From the NCBI GenBank assembly GCA_964019425.1, contig OZ025783.1, positions 124,001 to 188,000 of the forward strand: a stretch of DNA of 64,000 nt, read 5' to 3'. The translations under genes were made by a program, and so were the position numbers. The notes under the pieces were generated by a model that made no database searches, was not told the origin of the DNA, and saw nothing but the letters and a program-made list of their open reading frames with translations. Below are positions 55,828 through 64,000 of this stretch, piece after piece; positions within the stretch are counted from its first letter, which is position 1; each line of letters starts with the position of its first letter. This DNA is from Flectonema sp. DT1601 (taxonomy: Eukaryota).

Positions 55828-57044
55828 TACCATAATATCATTTGTTTGTACACGCTATAGTGTAATAATTAATTATTTCAAAAAAGAATTTGTTTCCCAA
55901 AAAGGGGATGAATGCACACAAGAGCGTCACCGACTACTAAGTTCTTGCATCTGACACAATTTTAATTTTATATCTTTCATACGAGTCTCCCAACACGAGT
56001 GAGATCTCAATCCCATCCAACTATAGCTGTGGTTACAATGCGATTATTGTTACTTGAAATCTATCTTCTCTTCGGGTATCTATCTCCCTTTTCATTTTGT
56101 TAATAGTTAGTTAGTATTATTCGTCAGTCATTTTGCGTTTAATTTTTTCTTCGCATACCATCAATGGTCATTCGCAGGTGTCATTGTAACATCCATATCA
56201 GTCTGAGCTTTTAATGGTATTATGGAAACTGATCGAAAGGGAGTCTTAGATCTTTTTTACCTTTAAGAATGTCACGGATGATCATGGATTTAAATGAGAC
56301 TAGTGCAACAATAAAGTGTGTCATCCCTGTTTTCGCTTTATGTAAAATAAGTGCTGCGGCTGTTTCAGGATAATCGAATTCTGGTTAACGAAGTACTCAA
56401 TTTTCCTGTTGAATTTAGTCATGCAAGTCATGTTAAGTACTTGTGATGAGAACCAACCGTCCTTGACAACTGATGTTTCTCATCCACCTGTTTGAAAGAG
56501 AGATAACAGTTGCTTACATGGAGCTCTCAAAAGTGAATAAGTTCGTAAAACAGAGGAAGAAACTGAAGGAAAAAAGAATGGCTGGCGGCAGGCGGTCTAG
56601 GGGGGAATGAGGCTGGATTTCTCGTGACAGAAGCAACCTTGCGCGGCCAATGTTACTTCCGAGTTTTTATTTATTTATTCCTTTTATGAAAACACTAATA
56701 GACGCTCGTTTTGTTTCTTTCAATAATTTAAAGCAGTTGGACAACATCGCACAGGTAATCTTTGTTTAGTACTTTACAGTCTTTTGTATTTTATTTAAAG
56801 CTCGTCAGAGCAACTGTAAAAAAATCATATTCCCAGAAGAAAATAAAGCAGCATTACAAAGTCGGTAGTCACACTACACCAAAAGTACTATAAAAATAAA
56901 AACTAAAATCAATTCCTCTTTCGAGGACATTAGGGGAGGTTTTGCACCTTCTTTCGAAGGACAGAATGATTTACGGTAAAGACAATTACCGAACAGCACA
57001 CAAAACATGGTAAACATTTACATAAACAAAAAAAAACAGGAAGA

Positions 57045-60000
57045 CTATAAATCTGCCACATCCAAAACACACGAAACACCTGCAATAATCCACTTGATTG
57101 CTGGTTGTTTGGTTCTGAGGTAAAGAGGAGTTATGGAACCAGCCCTATGTAGTTGTGTTTTATAAAGAGGACATTGGTATTCATCTTTTCGATCAATCTT
57201 TGAATTAGGAAGTGATCTGATAGTGAGAACAGGCATTACACAGAAGATTTCTTTATGTTTTGAATCCTCTATTGTATTACACAAGACATCCCAACGAGCT
57301 CCTTCCATCTTAAGACCGAATACATGACATCCATCACGAGCGGTGTGTTCGATAGCATCTGCCATTCTCTTTAAAGGATCACAGACTAGGTCCATCTGAT
57401 CCAATTCATAATTACTACTGATTGCAGTGTACTGTGCTATTGATGTTAGGAATGACATTGGATTAAATAAGAAATCTAGTCTAGTAACTTTAGGAGTCAC
57501 CAAATCAGAAGTCCAATCAATAAGTTGTGAGTTTCTTGTTACTAAGCTCTGACACCAACTGATTAGAGGACGACATGATTCGAATGAATATGGAACCCAA
57601 GCTTTGGGGATTTGATCAAGTCGAACAGACTCAAAAAGATCCAACATTGCATCACTCATTGATAGTGATCCTTTTAATCCGAGTGATAATTCCACTAATG
57701 AGGATCTAACTATTTGTTGTAACATATTAGTTCTTTCACACTCTTGATAAAATACATGTTGTTGAGGTGTTTTATCATCTTCAAGTCTCTCAGCTAAGTC
57801 AAGTAGATTATGTGGAGCATCTTGTAAATAATTATTTAATATTTCATCAACTGTGAGCTGTACTTGATCAACTGTGTCTTGATAACCTTCTCCGTTATTT
57901 GATTGACGAGGTTGCAAGTGAAGAATTGTTTGAAATAATTCATCTGCTTCAGAAGTATGGTATCCTAACTCCGCATGGGAATGAAGTCCATAAAGCAACG
58001 GACTTTCTGGAGGGAAATGATCAACAGCTGCTACTGCTTCACTGTAACTTCCATAATGTGGTACTGCTAATCCTGGACACAGTTCTAGTGATCCCTCTGT
58101 CACTTCAATTTTTATAAATTCCTCAAGATAGGCTCCGCATAATCTTCTATCCCAATCATCAATTATGTGACCTCCGTAAATGATCTCTCCAAAAGTATAT
58201 CTCAACGCATCCCAAGGTATTGCTGGTCTGTCTTCCATGTAATTATTTAATACATCAATACACGAAGAAAGATCTCCCATGTTAAAAGGATATTCTCTGT
58301 TCCAACCTAACTTTCCAAACTTCTTACGTTCAACAATAATACTATGAAACCAACACATTGCGAATAAAACCGCTTTAAAGTCTGCTGGTTTGCAAGAATT
58401 TTCCCAAGGTTCATCCTTGAACTCGGCTAGGGCTCGAAGCATGTTGGCTTTGACACCAGAAGGAGGTTCGGATGTTAGTTTAATACATCGTTGAAGGATT
58501 GTGATAGGGATTACTGACTCTCCAGGAGCAGGTTGAGCAGATAAAAATAATCTGTAGTCTCGATGTCCTCTTGCTAATGGTGTCTTCAGGTCATCAGAGT
58601 CGCTTTCTATATCATCTTCTTCGAGGTCAGTTTCTATAACGGGTTCTGTTGTTGGAGTCTTTGGTATTTCTTCTTCTTCATTTTCGTTATCTCCTTCTGT
58701 TCCTTCATTAGCGATGTCTTCATTTTCTGGAGTCATTTCCTTCTCAGCTTTCTTCTTACGACGTTCCCTTTCTTGAAGTCTTCTCTCACGTTGTTCTCGT
58801 TTACTTTCTACTGATGCATAGCACTCAGCTTGGTAGTCGAGTATCTTTTCTAATTCATGAAGCCATGATGTTGTTAAATGGATATTACTCAACATAACAA
58901 ATCCACCTTTTGTAAAACATTGATCAATAGCATCAGTAGCCTTTGATTCTTGTCCTTGTCCGAGGGAGACGTTGAAGAAGTTACCGGCTTCGTATGAGAA
59001 TCCTTTTTCTTCTGCGAGAGTTTCAACTTTAGTGACTGGATCAACACCCGGGGATAGTAAAAATAGAATTGGAGTCGTAGGTACGACATCAGAGAAAACT
59101 TGAGAGAGTGGAGCAGCAGAGTCTGCTATGAAAAACGATCCTAACTTTGCAGCAACAAACTTCTGAAGAGCAGCAATCATTCGATCAGGACGGAGACATC
59201 GTAAAATTAAAAGTCTTTGAAAAGAATCAAAGTTTCTCCAATCGGTTGGGAGCTTCTCATCTTCAGGAGCAGAGTTTTCAGCCCACATCCTCCACCTGTT
59301 ATGCTGTTGGATGTCTTCAGGTAGCTGGTCGAAAGTTGGCAGTATGACTGTTGCTACCTTACTGACTGGACCTGACACATCAGCAAGTGCGCATACAGAA
59401 GACCAAACATGTGATGAACACCTGTTGATGTTTTTATATTTAGATAATTTCACTCTCCGTTAAAAAATAATAATTAAAAAATTACACACCATTCTGCTGC
59501 TTGCGGAGGTGGTTCTGTTGTATACCTCTTTCCTCCAGTTAATAAAAAGTCAAGTTGCTTTCCATCTATTTCTCCTTGTTGTTTTAGTATTGAGAAACAA
59601 AGCAGTGAGCTGAATACTATTTTGTGTCTTTCGAAGAGTCCTCTTGAGACGTATGCGTAAAGCTGTTTTTTTTTTTTTAAATTTTTTTTTATATAAATTA
59701 CTATTATAATGTGTCGATATTGTTATAAAAAAAAATAATTAAAAAAATAAAATAAAAATACCGTTTCAGTGATCGTTTTAATCAAGAGTCGAACGCGAGC
59801 GAGATCGTTCGAAGTATCATCATTCCCTTCATCGTCTTGAGGCCACGGTGATTTAGTTATCGCCTTACTAAACACAGACATAAACGCTTCTAATGAATAT
59901 TGATAAATCGAATTAACCTTCGACAGTTTTGATATCTCTGTGTACAGAAGTGTACCTCTTTGAGCTGCAGGTTTGTATGCCAATCGTCGAACCATTAACT

Positions 60001-63000
60001 CTTCTTGTGTTTGAATATCTTCGACTAAGGCCTTGGCAATCATACCAGCCTGTTTCTTATTCTGTTCTAAGTTGCTAATTAGAACCACATTTTCAAGCAA
60101 GTCACCCTGTGCATTGCTAAGCTCAAATAGTAAATTATCTTCACATTTCGCAAGGTCTATTTTATAAAGGTTCATTTTTCTTATTATCGAAACTCTTCTC
60201 TCCTCAAGTTCCGGTCTCTCTCTATTCACAACAACAGCTAAAAGCTGATCATCTAATCCAGCTTCTGTTACCATGAAGTTAACTAGTGTCGTTTGAGCGT
60301 TTATTTCAGGTTTGAAGTGAGGATTTGGATGCTTAGTCTGTAAGTACAGTCTGAAAGAAGATACATCAACACAAATATCCTTATCACCAAGTTGACATGT
60401 TGCTACTCGTTTTTGTCTGCTAAATTCTTTTCCTAATATCGGACTTATGATCGGATCAATATCCTCAGGAAGGTTTTCAATTAAACAAGGAAGACCTTTT
60501 TCTAAGCAATTGCAAAGATCACTTAAGAAGCTCTTGTTACTCTGTTGTGTTACTACTAATCCGTGTTTCTTTTCTTTTGTTTTAATCCATCTCACTCCCT
60601 GTAACTGTGGATCAATCAGTAAAGGCCATCTACGAGCACTCTTTACGATTGCTCCGTTTTCAGTGCTGACTCTGTCTGAAGGAAGACCTTCATTATTCCA
60701 TCCAGCAACTTCAACTTCTGATGTTAAGATGTGGAGAACATCTTGTCCTTCACTGTGAGGTATTCCTCTGGATCTGATTTCCTTTCTAATGTGTTCATTA
60801 AGCTTTTCACGATACTCTAAATTAAAAGGACCAGCGTACGATACAAAAGCTGATGCTAATAACACGTCTCCAGGAAGAAGTTGAATCGCGTCAGCTAACT
60901 CGTTTGTAGTTTTCGCCCATCGGATGTTTTCATCTGCAAGTCCGCTGACTAGACGCTCTGCTAAGTTCATTTTCAGACGAGTTGACTCCGCTTTTTGTTT
61001 TAACAAACGACTTCTTTCTGATGCTGCGTTGTGTTGTTCTACGAGATTGTTGAGACGTTGGTTAAGACCATCAACGTGTTCCTGAACTTTTTTATATTGG
61101 TGTGTGCTGGTTTCAAGTCGTTCGATCGCTTCTTGTAGTCTTTCTTCTTTTGGACGTACTTGACAGCGGAGGGTGTGATAGGCATCCATGTTTGTTACCC
61201 AAGCAGCAAGACAGGATGCAGCAGCTGATTTCCCACTCATTCTCTCAGCATCGAATTCAGGATCTTGAACCCATATTTGAATAGCATCAATACACTGCTG
61301 TGGAATATCATGTGCAGTAGTTTGACTGAACTGTTCTAATTCTTTCAACCAGTTTGAGACGTTTGCCATCATCTTTTTAGCGTTGCTCCATTCCTTTGCT
61401 TTTTCTGGTTTTGGAATTCTGTTTGGATCAGCAGTTAGACACATGACAGCAGCTGTTACCATTAATACTTCTTGTGGAGGTTTCGTAAATGATTTTAATT
61501 CTGTTAGGGATGCCTTGTTCAGATTACCCAGAGCAGCCTTCGCCCTCTCAACCAGTGGCTGAGCAACTTCCAAGTCACGTTCTGCATCACATCGAAGAGC
61601 GTTAGTTTCTTGAAGGAGCTGACCGGTTTTTTCTTTTTCAATGTTTGCTTTTTCTGCTTCTTCTTGACAAGCCACCTTGTCGACGGATACTTGATCCATT
61701 AATGCACTTACTTCAGTAGTGGCGTTACGTACTTCAACATCTTCTTGAATTAAAACATTTTGTAATTCCTGAACTTGTTCTTTAGCATGATGAATCTTTT
61801 GTATTCCATCAAGTAGTCGGTTTCGACGTTCCTCAATCAACTGTTCATGTCCTCTTAGCATCCCGTTATAAGCAGAGATGAGTTCCATGTAACTCTTTGG
61901 GGTAGTGTAGCAGAATCTCCTTTCTTTAATACGATATTCATCAGCTAGTTTTGTTACGAATAAATGAATTTCTGATATGCAATCAGAAACTGAAACAGTG
62001 AGCGCAGCCTTATCGACTTGTGGTACTTCATCTTCACTAACTGGTTCTGTAGTCTGTTCTTTTGGTTTGTCTTCATCTGTTACTAAGAATCGCTTAGCTA
62101 CAGCTGTGAGAGCTTCATCTTGCCATGAGTGAAACCAATCAATCTTTGTAGTAGTCGCAAGAGATGGAAAATGTCTACACCAAGTTGCGAGTTGACTACC
62201 AACAGGAGAGAAGCATAGAATACTGTGAAGGTTCGTCTGAACTCTTGATATAAAGAAATCCATACACACATCTCTATTATTAAAATCTGGATGATGTCTT
62301 TGACGAAGCTCTGGTACCATAGCGTTAGTCAAGTCATCAATAGTGTCAGGATCAAACAAGTCAGGTATGAAACCAGAATTTAATAAATCATTCAACACAA
62401 CAAGTTGATCAGAGTGTACTATTTGTGTATCAGTAATGATGAATGCTCTTTTTTGATTCTTTCTTCCACACTTTAAGTATAATTCTCCAATGTCAGATCT
62501 AAAATCAACTCCTGAATAATTCGCAGTTAACTGAATAGTTGATATCTCACAGTCATTTATAAATGCGGAAAGCTTACTCAGCGACCGTTTACCAGAACCA
62601 CCAACACCAATTAGGAGGGCGTTTCCTTTTGGTCGAGAAAGTATGCGACAAATTTTAATTGTATGTTGCATTGCTTGGTTAAATAGTACTAATTGCATTG
62701 GTGATCTTGTTACAGTGTTGTTGTATTCCGACAGCTTCTCTTCAAGGAATATTTGAAGTTGTGAGAATGACTCAACAGAATCATAAATATCGAACTCTCC
62801 ATTATGTTGACCAAATGGAGCCCACATGTTTGGTTCTTTTAATATGTCTTCAACAACAAGCATGTCACTGAAATGTTTTGCGATGATTTGAGTTGATAAA
62901 GCATCATATTCACTGCTGTCTTGATCATCAACCATTCTATCTCTAAATGTTCTCTCACACTCATGTCTCCATAGTCGTAGAACAGCTGCAGCATCACCAT

Positions 63001-64000
63001 CATGTAATCCCTTGACTGTACAGTTCATTCCTTCAATTATATTTATAAATTCTCTTAAATTCCATCGGTAATGAAACTTTGTCGCAGTTGGTAAGAAATG
63101 TTCTCTAACAGCTTGGTGTAACTCTACAGTAGCTGATGCGATGTTTGGAATGAGTGCTACGGTGTCTCTTGACCAACCTTTCCAATGTCCTGATAAGACA
63201 GATGACAATATGAGTTCAAGATCATCTTGTGTTGGAAGTTCAATAGCCATGACTGTAAACCATCTTGTGAATCTATCCAATACAGTGAATGTACCTGCTT
63301 TATGATTCATTGAAGCGAAGAATTGAATATCAGTAATATGTTTCTCAACCCCAGGGTTGTTTCTATCCAACCAAAACTGATAATCTAAATACTGTCGTAG
63401 TAGAGCTATTGGTTCTTGAGTGCCGTATTGATCAGGTCGTGGCATGTTCAAGTCTTCAATAAAAAATACCATCTTCTTTCTTCCTGGTGGATGCCAAATA
63501 CGTCCTCCTCTTTCAAGTTTACTTTCCATTACATGTTGAAGAGTCTTAGCGCTGGTTTCAGCGTTTAGGCTGATCATTTGTGACATCCATTGTTGTGGAT
63601 TTAGTTTTTTAAGCATTGAGTTAACAATTAAACTCTTACCAGTACCAACCTTACCAACGACAAGTACTGGATGATGGTTCATTAATAATAAGTCCATAAT
63701 ATAAGTATACTTAACCGTGTCTGCTGTGTTTACGAGTGTGCTTGAGACAGGACTGTCGTTGTTGTGTCTGTATGGAGGTACTAATTCAGCCCAGGGTCTA
63801 AATTCATCACCAGTCTCTGGTGAGATGTAAAAATCATAAATTTGATGTTTATCTTCACAAATTCTAACTTTTGCCTGCATCTCTTTAGTCCACCATTTAC
63901 TAAAAGCAGCCTTGTAGTCTAAACGACCTTCTGAAGGTAAAGCACTTCCGAATGACCACACCGTCGCGAATGTAAAATAACGTTCGTAGACTTCCTGAGG
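57045..64000 (-). CDS. Axonemal dynein heavy chain (outer-arm beta-like), C-terminal part; 5' end beyond window
   Basis: P-loops GKVGTGKS and GVGGSGKRS; FIEDLNMP; stalk/MTBD LTELKSFTKPP; WPLLIDPQLQG; VSLGQGQ; YGGHIIDDWDRRL; WIIAGV. Introns 59663-59761 and 59422-59489 join the two ORFs in frame. Confidence 0.95.
59663..59761 (-). other. 99-nt GT-AG intron with oligo(U) 5' arm and oligo(A) 3' arm
   Basis: GTATTTTTATTTTATTTTTTTAATTATTTTTTTTTATA...TATAAAAAAAAATTTAAAAAAAAAAAAAAACAG; phase 0, restores TET|LYAYVSRGLFERHK. Confidence 0.9.

Noticed and set aside
56160..56490. Coding-like minus-strand stretch downstream of dynein
   Set aside because: Interrupted by stops in all frames I tried and no family recognised; possibly a decayed gene but unsupported.
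1366..63961. Stop-codon reassignment or programmed frameshifting to explain split ORFs
   Set aside because: All splits in intact genes are resolved by ordinary GT-AG introns with correct phase, and long ORFs read in the standard code.

Overview
AT-rich eukaryotic nuclear DNA, most likely from a euglenozoan (diplomenid-like). The assignment is inferred from a strictly unidirectional gene cluster, a DUF1935-like calpain, RJL, BspA-like LRR genes, a euglenozoan-type LSU rRNA fragment and frequent GT-AG introns. About 24 protein genes all lie on the minus strand: Ubl-ankyrin, PERK-like eIF2alpha kinase with a VWA insert, MYND/polyQ, coiled-coil proteins, BMP-domain receptor cyclase-like, E2, calpain-C2, FAD monooxygenase, RJL, OGFr-like, aspartokinase-homoserine dehydrogenase and a dynein heavy chain. 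I reconstructed 16 introns by hand from reading-frame continuity. They mostly have U-rich 5' halves and A-rich 3' ends with no polypyrimidine tract, and some can fold into end-to-end hairpins, whereas the AG acceptors just upstream of start codons (putative trans-splice sites) are pyrimidine-rich. Region 42.4-55.8 kb is a recent tandem amplification of [LRR gene + aspartokinase 5' part]. It contains three LRR paralogs of very different repeat number, a kinase-domain-only aspartokinase copy, a microhomology deletion and a ~165-bp 28S rRNA fragment inserted next to the third LRR gene. Also found: a piggyBac-like transposase remnant on the + strand, a 126-bp perfect duplication inside a 1.19-kb intron, and two microproteins missed by the ORF track. 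All family calls are from motif recognition by eye, with no database searches.
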